Shown piece after piece: positions 27,242-36,170 of a stretch of DNA of 64,000 nucleotides. Position 1 is the stretch's first letter, and every line of letters begins with the position of its first letter. The position numbers and the translations under genes were made by a program. Source of the stretch: an uncultured Anaerolineales bacterium (GTDB lineage Bacteria > Chloroflexota > Anaerolineae > B4-G1). The notes under the pieces were generated by a model. The model did not search any database. It was not told the origin of the DNA and was given only the letters and a program-made list of their open reading frames with translations. The stretch lies in contig CAZEQC010000008.1 in NCBI GenBank assembly GCA_964514285.1, positions 6,181 through 70,180 on the forward strand, in the 5' to 3' direction.

Positions 27242-29749
27242 ATGAAAAACCGCAAAGCGCTCGCCCTCGTCCTATCCGCGGCCCTCGGCATCGGCCTGTT
27301 GTGGGCCCTCTTGGCTGCCCAACCTACCGTAGCCACGACAGCGGCCACCACCGCCACGGAGTCAATCACGATCACCAAGTATGCAGCTGATGGCACGACC
27401 GTACTTGCACAAGAAATCATCACCTATGGCCAGATGGAGGCCGCCCTCCCGGTGCACGGCGACGGGGAAACCCACTACTACTTCCAGGGGCCGACGTTCG
27501 ACCCGGATAACCTGTGGGACCCGGACGAGACCATCAATCTCAAGAACAAGGGCGCCATCAAAGGGACCGACATCAAGGATCTCGTGGACCTCGTCGGCGG
27601 CGCCGAGCCCGGCGATCAGATCGAGATCCTGGCGGAGGACAACTACGGGGACGCCTTCCCCTACGACAATGTGTACAACCCCGACCCGGGACAGGGCAAG
27701 ATGGTCGTCGCCTGGTACACCAAGAACGCCGGCGATGCCCACGACCTCTACCCCGATGGTGCGTACGTCCCCGAGTTCGGGGACGGCATGCAGCTCATCT
27801 TCCTTGCGCAGACAACCAACGGGGACGGGAAGCACGTCTTCGGGCACGATGACATGCGCGACTATCTCGCGGAGGAGAACCGACATTACTTCTGGGATGG
27901 CGGCATCCAATATCCCTCTTCCAATGGCACCTCCATCAAGTACATCAGCCAGATCAATGTCTACTCGCAGGCACCTGAGCCTTGGTCGATCGACGTGACC
28001 GGCGCCGTGACCACACCCGTCAGCCAGAGCTGGTTCGAGAACGCCCTCGCCTGCCACGAGGTGGTGACTTGGACCGACGGCGGCGGTGACGTGTGGAGTG
28101 GCCTACCTCTCTGGTACATGCTGGGACTCGCGGACGACGAGTACGTCCACGGCATCGGTTCCTTCAATGATGCTCTCGCCAAGGCAGGCTATGACATTGA
28201 GGTTAGGGCAGAGGACAACTACACGCAGTGGTTCGAAAGCGAGGACGTCCGTCGCTCCTCGGGCTACATCGTGGCCAACCTGATGAACGGGAGTCCTCTC
28301 ACCGACAGTTATCCGTTGAGACTGGTCGGGAGCGCGCTGACGTCGGGCTCCCAGCGAGTCAGTAACATTGCCAGCATCAATCTCCACAATATTCCCGAGA
28401 TCGAGACCTGGACTCTCGACCTGACGGGGGCCTACACGTACACGATGAGGCAGGCGGAGTTCGACAATGCCGTCATCTGCCCCAATATCGGGCACAGCGC
28501 CGTCTACACGGACGGAACCGATGTCTACGAAGGTCTGCCCCTCTGGCTTCTCGTCGGCTGGGTGGATGACGACGACGCCCACGGACCGGACTCGTTTAAC
28601 GACGAGCTCGCCGACCGTGGCTATGACGTCCGCGTGATCGCCACCGACGGTTTTAGCCACACCTTCCCCATCTCCGACGTCGCCCGCAACGACAACATCA
28701 TCGTGGCAAGCACCGTCAACGGGCAGGAGCTGCCAGCGGACGCATACCCGCTCAGGCTGATCGGCAGCGACGTGACCTCAGGCAAACAGAAGGTCAAGAA
28801 GATAGCCGAGATCGAGCTCCTTGACCTGCCAGGGCTCGACTATCACACTTACCTGCCGCTCGTCAGCAAACACTCCACCGCTTGGGACCTTGAGCTCAGC
28901 GGAGCGATGACCACGACTTTGACCGCGTCGGAGTTCGAGGCCGAGGCCTCAGACCATCCGGCCTCCTGGGACGATGGATCGGGCAACACGTACGGCGGCA
29001 TAGCTCTCTGGAGGCTGGTGGGTATGGTCGATGATGCCAACCCCGACGCATTCAACGACCAGTTCGCCGCTCTCGGGTATCAGGTCAAGGTGATCGCCGT
29101 CGATGACTACAGCTACACGTTCCAGGCCTCCGATATCCCCAAGGACGACGGCATCGTCGTCGCCAACACCCTGAACGGGGGCGCGCTGCCCGACGACGAG
29201 TCCCCGCTCAGGCTGGTCGGCAGCGCTCTGGTCTCCGGTGGACAGAGAGTCAAGAAGATAGCAAGAATCGAGCTGCTCAATCTGCCGACGGTGACCCCGG
29301 ATTGGGAGCTTGACCTGAGCGGCGCGATGACCACCACGCTGACTGCGACCGAGTTCGAGACGGAGGCCGCGGACCACCCCGCCTCCTATGATGATGGCTT
29401 CGGTAGTCTGTACGAGGGCGTGGCCCTCTGGCGGCTGGTGGGCATGGTCGACGACGACGACCCAGACACCTTCGACGACGACATCGCTGACTTAGGCTAT
29501 GACGTCAGCGTGATCGCCACCGACGGGTTCAGCTACACCTTCCCTATTTCGGACGTCGCTCGCAACGACAACATCATCGTGGCGAACACCGTCAACGGGG
29601 GAGAGCTGCCAGCCGACGCCTACCCGCTCAGGTTGGTGGGCAGCGCCCTGACCTCAGGCAGGCAGAAGGTCAGGCAGATCGCCAGTATCGAACTGGTCGG
29701 CCTGCCAGCCGTGGCAGGGAGACCCTATTCTCCGCCGTCAGACAGGTAG
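27242..29749 (+). CDS. secreted multidomain protein: N-terminal 'X' domain plus four sulfite-oxidase-fold-like (Oxidored_molyb-like) modules
   Basis: Signal peptide 'MKNRKALALVLSAALGIGLLWALLAAQP'. Modules end in 'YPLRLVGSALTSG.QKVK.IA.IEL', reminiscent of the YedY/SUOX '..PLRLVVP...K.VKW...I.' motif. The canonical Mo-ligand Cys motif is not recognisable. Confidence 0.75.
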   Translation: MKNRKALALVLSAALGIGLLWALLAAQPTVATTAATTATESITITKYAADGTTVLAQEIITYGQMEAALPVHGDGETHYYFQGPTFDPDNLWDPDETINLKNKGAIKGTDIKDLVDLVGGAEPGDQIEILAEDNYGDAFPYDNVYNPDPGQGKMVVAWYTKNAGDAHDLYPDGAYVPEFGDGMQLIFLAQTTNGDGKHVFGHDDMRDYLAEENRHYFWDGGIQYPSSNGTSIKYISQINVYSQAPEPWSIDVTGAVTTPVSQSWFENALACHEVVTWTDGGGDVWSGLPLWYMLGLADDEYVHGIGSFNDALAKAGYDIEVRAEDNYTQWFESEDVRRSSGYIVANLMNGSPLTDSYPLRLVGSALTSGSQRVSNIASINLHNIPEIETWTLDLTGAYTYTMRQAEFDNAVICPNIGHSAVYTDGTDVYEGLPLWLLVGWVDDDDAHGPDSFNDELADRGYDVRVIATDGFSHTFPISDVARNDNIIVASTVNGQELPADAYPLRLIGSDVTSGKQKVKKIAEIELLDLPGLDYHTYLPLVSKHSTAWDLELSGAMTTTLTASEFEAEASDHPASWDDGSGNTYGGIALWRLVGMVDDANPDAFNDQFAALGYQVKVIAVDDYSYTFQASDIPKDDGIVVANTLNGGALPDDESPLRLVGSALVSGGQRVKKIARIELLNLPTVTPDWELDLSGAMTTTLTATEFETEAADHPASYDDGFGSLYEGVALWRLVGMVDDDDPDTFDDDIADLGYDVSVIATDGFSYTFPISDVARNDNIIVANTVNGGELPADAYPLRLVGSALTSGRQKVRQIASIELVGLPAVAGRPYSPPSDR
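27983..29701 (+). repeat. four tandem intragenic modules of about 400 nt (about 135 aa): R1 27983-28384, R2 28409-28825, R3 28883-29281, R4 29303-29701
   Basis: Protein-level repeats 'W.LDL.GA.T......F....../W.G..LW.LVG.VDD.../GY.V.VIA.D.../PLRLVGS...SG.Q.VK.IA.IEL'. Nt 28621-28740 versus 29501-29620 is roughly 85-90% identical by manual count. Confidence 0.75.
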
Positions 29750-29887
29750 CACGCGGTCAGAAAGGGGGGCGGCTAGTCACCGCCCCCCGCGGCATGGATC
29801 GGCGGAGTCAGATAGCTCGCTGTGATGTCCAGTCGCAGGTTTGTGTCACGACCTAGGAGACACGACCTACACGTGCGGGAGGAGGAG

Positions 29888-30952
29888 ATGTCCATCAGAC
29901 CAGTAAGAATCGTCCTCGGGCTGGCGCTGGTACTGTCGGCCGCACTTATCCCTGCCCCTGCCGTCACGGCGGCCGGGACCACGTCAATACGCGTCGTCAA
30001 GTACGCCGCCGACGGGGTCACTGTCGTAGATGAGCGGACGATTAGCTACACCGAGATGGAGTCGCAACTCTCAGTGCAGGGGGATGGGAACACAACCTAC
30101 TATCACCAGGGTCCCACCTTCGAGGAGGATGACCTCTGGGACCCGGGCGAGACCCAGAATCTGAAAAGCAAGGGGGCGCCCCGGGGGACCGACCTCAAGG
30201 ATCTCTGCGAGCTCGTCGGCGGGATGTCTGCCGGCGACACTGTGAAGGTCTCCGCCGCCGACGGGTTCAACAAGACATTCGACTACACGAATGTCTACGA
30301 CCCGGAGCCGCGGCAGGGCAAGATCGTCGTCGCCTGGCATTCCGATCGAGACGGCTATGTCCCGAACTGGGGTGACGGCATGCTGCTCGTCTTCTTCGCC
30401 GAGACCACCAACGCCGAGGGACAGTACGTCTTCGGCAACGAGGATATGCGCCGATCGCTCCCTGAGGAGCGATGGCACTACTTCGACATCTATCCGTCAA
30501 CGAACGGCTATTCCGTCAAGAACATCGATGAGATCGCCATCTTCTCCGCGGCCGACGACGAAGACGGCGAGTCGCGGGAAGTCGCACAGGTGGACGTCTC
30601 AGCGACCGTCGTTCTTCCCCAGGTGGCGCTCTCTCTGAACAGAGGCGTCATCGACTACGGCGAAGTTCAGCCGGGCGGGAGCTCGCGGGTTGTGGACGTC
30701 GGCATCACGAATGTGGGCACGACGGAGGTCGATCTCACGCTTGAGGTGCGAGGTAACGACAACGTCGCTCAGCAATTCTACGAGCGTTCCCTCTATGTCG
30801 ACGGAACGGCGTACGCCCGTGCCGCCATCATAGCCAGGATCGAGAGGGCCCAGACAGAGAGCGTGGATACGCAGCTGAAGGTGCCCACTGACTGGGCCGA
30901 GGAGGGCCGGCAGGAGGCCGTCTTTGTCTTCTGGGCGGAGGCGGTAGATTGA
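29888..30952 (+). CDS. secreted protein: 'X' domain paralogue plus Ig-like C-terminal domain
   Basis: Signal peptide. 'IRVVKYAADGVTVVDERTISYTEME..L.VQGDGNTTYYHQGPTF...WDPGETQNLKSKGAPRGTDLKDLCELVGG' is collinear with the N-terminus of the 27242 gene. GGAGGAG RBS. Confidence 0.75.
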   Translation: MSIRPVRIVLGLALVLSAALIPAPAVTAAGTTSIRVVKYAADGVTVVDERTISYTEMESQLSVQGDGNTTYYHQGPTFEEDDLWDPGETQNLKSKGAPRGTDLKDLCELVGGMSAGDTVKVSAADGFNKTFDYTNVYDPEPRQGKIVVAWHSDRDGYVPNWGDGMLLVFFAETTNAEGQYVFGNEDMRRSLPEERWHYFDIYPSTNGYSVKNIDEIAIFSAADDEDGESREVAQVDVSATVVLPQVALSLNRGVIDYGEVQPGGSSRVVDVGITNVGTTEVDLTLEVRGNDNVAQQFYERSLYVDGTAYARAAIIARIERAQTESVDTQLKVPTDWAEEGRQEAVFVFWAEAVD

Positions 30953-32658
30953 CGTCGCGGTTGAAGCTCGCCGTCACCGTCCTGTTCACGGTGACGGCGC
31001 TGACAGGTCTCTTTCCCACAGCGGCGATCAGAGCCGATACCCTTCCCCCCCAGCCGCTGTGGGGCCCTTACGTCACCGGAACCACTGAAACGGGTGCCGT
31101 CGTCAATTGGAAGACGGAGAAAGCAAGCTGGGGCGTCGTGCAATACAGCGATCAGGTGGGGCACGAGGATTTCGTCCTCGACCCCACACCCCATCAGCTG
31201 CACCACGTCACCTTGACCGGGCTCCAGCCAGGCCGGGAATACCACTACCGCATCTGGCTTCTGGACCCCGACGTGAGCCCTGAACCCTTCCGAACGCGTT
31301 CCGCTGATGAGATGGAACGTTGGCTGCGAGAGCACGGCATCGCCGCCGCGGATTGCAGTTTCAGGACCCTGGGTTCCGAGCCCTTCACCTTCGTCGTCTA
31401 CGGTGACACCCAGGAGCAGGACCCCTTCTTCACGCAGATGGAGCGGCACAAGCTGGTCGCCGACTACGTCGCCCAAGAAGAGGATGTCTCCTTCGTCGTC
31501 CATCTCGGGGACCTCACCTATGACGCGGAGGATGCCGTAGGCTGGGACCTCTTCTTTGAAGCCGCAAGGGAGATGCTTGCGAACACCACGATCTATCCCG
31601 TGATGGGCAACCATGAGGATTACTCGCGGTACTACCACGAGATCTTCGGAGCGCCCGAATACTATGCGTTCCAGTCAGGGCAGGCGCGGTTTCTCGTCCT
31701 GGATACGAATGACCGGGCCGACTTCGACGCCCAGACCCGTTGGATTGAGGGCCAGGCCGGAACCCCTGCGGCGTGGATGTTCGCTTTTCATCACCATCCG
31801 GCCTACAGCTCAGACGCCAGAAACTACGGGGGGTGGGAGCTTTCGCGCAGCCACTGGGAGGACCTTTTCCGAGGCGCCGGCGTGAGGGCCGTCTTCTCCG
31901 GTCACGTACACGCCTACGAGCACTACCGGATACGGGGGCTTCACTACTTCGTCGTGGGAACCGGCGGCGGCATGCTGAGTGACCTCAGCCCAGATGCCCC
32001 GGCGGGCCTTCAAAACCGGTTAGCCAAGACCTTAGGCTACGCCAAAGTCACCGTGGAGAGCGAAGCGGCGATCATCCGCTTCCTAAAGGTCGCGCGTGTT
32101 TCTGAGGACAACCGTGAGGTCCTGGAGGTCTACCCGTTCGGAAGCGTCTTTGACACCGTCACCCTCCAGCCCGTTGAAGTGACACGTCCTGTGGCGAGTC
32201 CTGAGCCGGATTTTCGCATCTCGCCGCCTTCGTTGACCATCGCCGTCGATCGCCGCGGTAGTTCCCGCTTCAACTTGATGATGGCCTCCAGCGATGACGC
32301 GCAGATCATCGTGGACACGGAGGCCTTGCCCTTTGAGGTGGAGCCCAACACGCTGAAGATTGAGGGCTCTGGAAAGCCGCAGTCGTTTGAGCTGGAGCTG
32401 TTCGGGGACCCGTCGAGCCCCAACGGTGACTACGAGGGTAAACTCACCTTTGTGCGTGACGCCGGAGACAACGTGGCCCTCGGCGTCAAGGTCAGGACCA
32501 CCGTGACGCAAACGGGGAAGAGATCAAAGCCTCTTGCGTTCGGCCCTGACCAAACCATCCTGCTGATCGCCGTCGTTCTCGTGGTAGCCGCCAACATCGG
32601 CGTCTATGTCGCCTATCGGAAGTACAAAGCTCGCGTAGCCACAAGAAAGGATGCCTAA
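30949..32658 (+). CDS. purple-acid-phosphatase-like metallophosphoesterase with N-terminal FN3-like domain, Ig-like domain and C-terminal TM anchor
   Basis: Motifs 'VVYGDTQ', 'HLGDLTYD' (GDxxY), 'MGNHE', 'FHHHP' and 'SGHVHAYE'. N-terminal 'VNWKT...HHVTLTGLQPGREYHYRI'. TTG start overlaps the upstream stop (TTGA). Confidence 0.8.
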   Translation: MTSRLKLAVTVLFTVTALTGLFPTAAIRADTLPPQPLWGPYVTGTTETGAVVNWKTEKASWGVVQYSDQVGHEDFVLDPTPHQLHHVTLTGLQPGREYHYRIWLLDPDVSPEPFRTRSADEMERWLREHGIAAADCSFRTLGSEPFTFVVYGDTQEQDPFFTQMERHKLVADYVAQEEDVSFVVHLGDLTYDAEDAVGWDLFFEAAREMLANTTIYPVMGNHEDYSRYYHEIFGAPEYYAFQSGQARFLVLDTNDRADFDAQTRWIEGQAGTPAAWMFAFHHHPAYSSDARNYGGWELSRSHWEDLFRGAGVRAVFSGHVHAYEHYRIRGLHYFVVGTGGGMLSDLSPDAPAGLQNRLAKTLGYAKVTVESEAAIIRFLKVARVSEDNREVLEVYPFGSVFDTVTLQPVEVTRPVASPEPDFRISPPSLTIAVDRRGSSRFNLMMASSDDAQIIVDTEALPFEVEPNTLKIEGSGKPQSFELELFGDPSSPNGDYEGKLTFVRDAGDNVALGVKVRTTVTQTGKRSKPLAFGPDQTILLIAVVLVVAANIGVYVAYRKYKARVATRKDA

Positions 32659-33568
32659 ACGGATGAAGAAGCTTGTCGTTTGGTCGATACTTCTGGCCGG
32701 CCTGCTGTCGCTCGTGGCCGGCGCGCCCCCAGCTGCGGTCGCGGCAGGCGCAACCACGGAGCTCCACATCGTCAAGGTCGCCGCGGACGGCACGACGATC
32801 ATCTCCGAACGGACTGTGTCGTACAATTGGATGGAGGAGAACCTCCCTGTACACGGAGACGGTGCCACGCACTACTACCATCAGGGTCCAGTGTTCGAGG
32901 GAGATATGTGGGACCCCTCGGAAGCGCGAAACCTGAAGGACAAAGGCGCTGTGAAAGGCACTGACGCCCGCGACTTGTGTGAGCTCGTCGGGGGCATGCG
33001 CCCCGGTGACGAGGTGCGTTTCGTTGCGGTCGATGGTTGGCATACCGACTTCGCCTACGAGAACGTCTACGAGCCGCTGGACAGACAGGGTCGGATTGTT
33101 CTCGCCTGGTACAACGGCGAGGAGCCGGCAGATGGCGAGAAATACGGCACCGGCTACCCGGGGGTCGAGGGGTATCACACCGCCATGCAGATCGTGTTCA
33201 TGGCCGCCACCACCAACGAGGCAGGCAAGCACGTCTTTGGCAACGCGGATATGCGCGTGAGCTTGCCCCAAGAGGAGTATCAGCACTTCTACCAGGGTTA
33301 CCCCAGTACGAACGGCCTTTCCGGCAAGTGGATCACCGAGCTGATCATCAATTCCCAAGAAGAGGCGCCCCCTGCCGCGAGTGCGACTCTGTCGGATGCT
33401 CCCGAGTCGGAGCCGGAGGTTGGAGAGACCCCGGGAGAGCAGCGCGAAGCAGAATCGGACTCGAACAGCCTCCTGACTCCTGCGCTGTGGCTCGCCCTGG
33501 GGCTGGGGATTGTGGGGCTGGGACTCACCTCTTTTGCCTTCCTTCGCCTTCGGAAGGAGGCAACCTGA
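32651..33568 (+). CDS. 'X' domain paralogue with acidic linker and C-terminal TM anchor
   Basis: Signal peptide. 'LHIVKVAADGTTIISERTVSYNWMEENLPVHGDGATHYYHQGPVF' is the third copy of the X domain. C-terminal 'LWLALGLGIVGLGLTSFAFLRLRK'. Overlaps the upstream gene by 8 nt. Confidence 0.75.
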   Translation: MPKRMKKLVVWSILLAGLLSLVAGAPPAAVAAGATTELHIVKVAADGTTIISERTVSYNWMEENLPVHGDGATHYYHQGPVFEGDMWDPSEARNLKDKGAVKGTDARDLCELVGGMRPGDEVRFVAVDGWHTDFAYENVYEPLDRQGRIVLAWYNGEEPADGEKYGTGYPGVEGYHTAMQIVFMAATTNEAGKHVFGNADMRVSLPQEEYQHFYQGYPSTNGLSGKWITELIINSQEEAPPAASATLSDAPESEPEVGETPGEQREAESDSNSLLTPALWLALGLGIVGLGLTSFAFLRLRKEAT

Positions 33569-33576
33569 GACACGAG

Positions 33577-34194
33577 ATGACGCGCCTTTTCGAACGAACG
33601 TCGAGGACCACTTGGTTGATCCTGGCGGCGGGGGTGCTGTTTCTCGGCGGCGGGCTCCTATTGGGCCTGCGCCAGTGGGGCGGACCCGACCGGGTCGAAC
33701 CTGTGGAATGGGATCTGACCCTGGTCGGCCGTGAGGGGCAGGAGCTGGTCCTCTCATACGACGAAGTAGTGTCGCTCCCCAGCGTGGAGACCCGTGCGGG
33801 GTTCTTCTCGTCCGTCGGGACGGTTTATGGCCCCTACACAGTGAGAGGGATTCCGCTTGATACGCTCCTCAATCTGGTCGGCGGCATATCCCCCTCCGAT
33901 GTGCTCTTCGTGGCCGCCAAAGATGGCTACTCCTGCGTCTTCGACTATGCACAGCTCCAAGGAGACATCGCCACATTCGAGCCGGACACACTCACGATGG
34001 TTCCGGAAGGAGATGTGCGATACCTCCTCATCTTCGAGCAGGACGGAGAGCCCTTACCTGAGAATAGCGGAAAGCCTCTCAGGCTGGCTGTCGCCAATCC
34101 CGACGGCCTGCTCACCGAAGGCCATTGGTGGGTCAAATGGGTCAAGCGCCTGGAGATACGGACCCTGACATCCGATTCGGACAATGGCGAATGA
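33577..34194 (+). CDS. N-terminally anchored single sulfite-oxidase-fold (Oxidored_molyb-like) domain protein lacking the Mo-ligand Cys
   Basis: TM 'WLILAAGVLFLGGGLLLGL', then 'WDLTLVG...VRGIPLDTLLNLVGG...FVAAKDGY...EQDGEPLPENSGKPLRLAVAN....GHWWVKWVKRLEI' (YedY-like C-terminal signature). Confidence 0.7.
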   Translation: MTRLFERTSRTTWLILAAGVLFLGGGLLLGLRQWGGPDRVEPVEWDLTLVGREGQELVLSYDEVVSLPSVETRAGFFSSVGTVYGPYTVRGIPLDTLLNLVGGISPSDVLFVAAKDGYSCVFDYAQLQGDIATFEPDTLTMVPEGDVRYLLIFEQDGEPLPENSGKPLRLAVANPDGLLTEGHWWVKWVKRLEIRTLTSDSDNGE

Positions 34195-34277
34195 GAAATC
34201 GAGGTCGACGTGAAAATCACTGCCAAACCTCGATGGGCTGCACCGGTGACGCCATCCTGCGCCCTGAGGAGGACCAC

Positions 34278-35354
34278 GTGAAGAACCTTTCCGTTATCCT
34301 CCTCGTATCGCTCTTCGCCCTTCTGCTGACCGGGTGCAGCGGCGGCGTCCCCATGCTTCCAGGCCAGGAGAAGAAGACGGAGATGCGCGTCCTCTTTGCT
34401 GGGAGCCTGATCCTCCCCTTCGACGACCTAGAACACGCCTTCGAGGAGCAGCACCCCAACATCGACGTCTTGATGGAGGGTCACGGATCGATTCAGTGTA
34501 TCCGTCAGGTCACGGAGCTCGAGAGACTGGCCGACGTCATCGCGGTGGCTGACTACTCGCTGATTCCGCTCCTGATGTATGAATCCAAGAACCCCGACAC
34601 AGACGAGCCCTACGCCGACTGGACGCTGCAGTTTGCCACAAACGAGCTCGGTCTAGCCTACACGGATGCCAGCGCCTATGCTGGGGAGATCGATGCCGAC
34701 AACTGGTATCGGATCCTATCCAGGCCCGATGTCGTCTTCGGCATCTCGGACCCACGGTTCGACGCCTGCGGCTACCGCGGCCTGATGTTGGGGCAGCTGG
34801 CGGTCTCGTACTACGACGAGCCGGATCTCTTCTATGACCTCTTCAGCGACCGATTCACCCAGCGGGTGGAGGTGCAGCGCGACCCGCGCGACGACCTCGA
34901 CACGATCCTGATACCCGAGGTGCTACGACCCGAAAGCGACAGCGGGCTGGTGATGCGCGGCTCCAGCGTCCAACTGCTGGGCGTGTTGGAATCGGGCGAT
35001 TTGGATTACGGCTTCGAGTACCTGAGTGTCTCCAGGCAGCGTGACCTGCGGTTCTTGGCCCTGCCCGAGGAGATCAACCTCAGCAGCGAAGCACACCAGG
35101 AGAACTACAGCCGCGCTCGTGTGAAGCTTGCCTATCAGCGTTTCGCCTCCGTCAATCCGGAGTTCGAGGGCAAGACCATCCACTACGGCCTGACCATCCC
35201 GTCCAACGCACCCCACCCCGATCTGGCCGTCGAGCTGATCCAGTTCCTCCTCGGCCCCGACGGTCAGAGGATCATGGCCGAGAACAACCATCCTATGATC
35301 CTTCCTCCCATCGTCGACCGCGAGGAGGCGCTGCCATGGGCACTCCAGCCGTGA
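34278..35354 (+). CDS. wtpA: tungstate/molybdate ABC transporter substrate-binding lipoprotein, WtpA type
   Basis: Lipobox 'LLLTGCSGG'. Collinear by eye with Pyrococcus WtpA: 'FAGSL..PF..L..AFEE.HPN..V..E..GS...IR.VTEL.R.ADV.A.ADY.LI', 'NWY.IL.RPDV.FG.S.P..D.CGYR', 'SG.LDY.F.Y.SV'. GTG after GAGGAGG. Confidence 0.85.
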   Translation: MKNLSVILLVSLFALLLTGCSGGVPMLPGQEKKTEMRVLFAGSLILPFDDLEHAFEEQHPNIDVLMEGHGSIQCIRQVTELERLADVIAVADYSLIPLLMYESKNPDTDEPYADWTLQFATNELGLAYTDASAYAGEIDADNWYRILSRPDVVFGISDPRFDACGYRGLMLGQLAVSYYDEPDLFYDLFSDRFTQRVEVQRDPRDDLDTILIPEVLRPESDSGLVMRGSSVQLLGVLESGDLDYGFEYLSVSRQRDLRFLALPEEINLSSEAHQENYSRARVKLAYQRFASVNPEFEGKTIHYGLTIPSNAPHPDLAVELIQFLLGPDGQRIMAENNHPMILPPIVDREEALPWALQP

Positions 35355-35388
35355 GGCGAGAAGTGGATTGCGTCACACGTGACCCGTT

Positions 35389-36168
35389 ATGACTCTTTTC
35401 TCTAGCCGTCTCTCGGCGCTGTTCACAGTCTTGGCCGCGCTCCTGGTCCTCTTCATCGCCTGGCCTCTGGTGCGTACCGTCACCGGTTCCCAGCCGGCGG
35501 TCACGTGGGAGACGCTCCTGGAGGCCGAGGTGCGGAATGCCATCCTCCTCACCTTCTACAGCTCGGCTTGGGCAACCGTCATCGCCTTCGTCACCGGGGT
35601 GCCCCTGGCGTATCTGCTTGCCCGCACCGACTTCCCCGGCAAGCGCTGGATTGAGGGAATCGTCGATGTGCCCGTCGTGGTACCCCATTCGGCCGCCGGC
35701 ATCGCGCTACTCTTGGTCTTCGGAAGGCGATCGTTTCTGGGCCGGACGTTCGGCCGGATGGGGCTCAGGTTCGTCTCGGCTGTTCCGGGCATTGTGATCG
35801 CCATGCTCTTCGTAAGCCTCTCGTTCCTGGTCGATGCGGCCCGCGAGGGGTTTGAGAGCGTCGATCCTCGGCTTGAGCGCGTAGCGCGCACCCTCGGTGC
35901 CTCTCCCTGGCAGACGTTTTGGCGCGTCTCCTTCCCGCTGGCGCGGCGCAGCATCCTCTCCGGGATGATCCTCATGTGGGCAAGGGGACTGAGCGAGTTC
36001 GGCGCCGTGGTCATCCTCGCCTATCATCCTATGATCGCTCCGGTGCTCCTCTTCGAGCGGTTTCAGTCGCTCGGGCTCGACTACGCCACGCCGGTGGCAG
36101 CCATCATTGTCATCATCTGCCTTCTCACGTTTGTAGCCCTACGCTTCGTCGCTCAGGAGAGGGAGTAG
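35389..36168 (+). CDS. wtpB: tungstate/molybdate ABC transporter permease (WtpB/ModB family)
   Basis: 6 TM and a CysTW/ModB-type EAA loop, 'ESVDPRLERVARTLGASPWQTFWRVSFPLA'. Confidence 0.85.
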   Translation: MTLFSSRLSALFTVLAALLVLFIAWPLVRTVTGSQPAVTWETLLEAEVRNAILLTFYSSAWATVIAFVTGVPLAYLLARTDFPGKRWIEGIVDVPVVVPHSAAGIALLLVFGRRSFLGRTFGRMGLRFVSAVPGIVIAMLFVSLSFLVDAAREGFESVDPRLERVARTLGASPWQTFWRVSFPLARRSILSGMILMWARGLSEFGAVVILAYHPMIAPVLLFERFQSLGLDYATPVAAIIVIICLLTFVALRFVAQERE

Positions 36169-36170
36169 CG

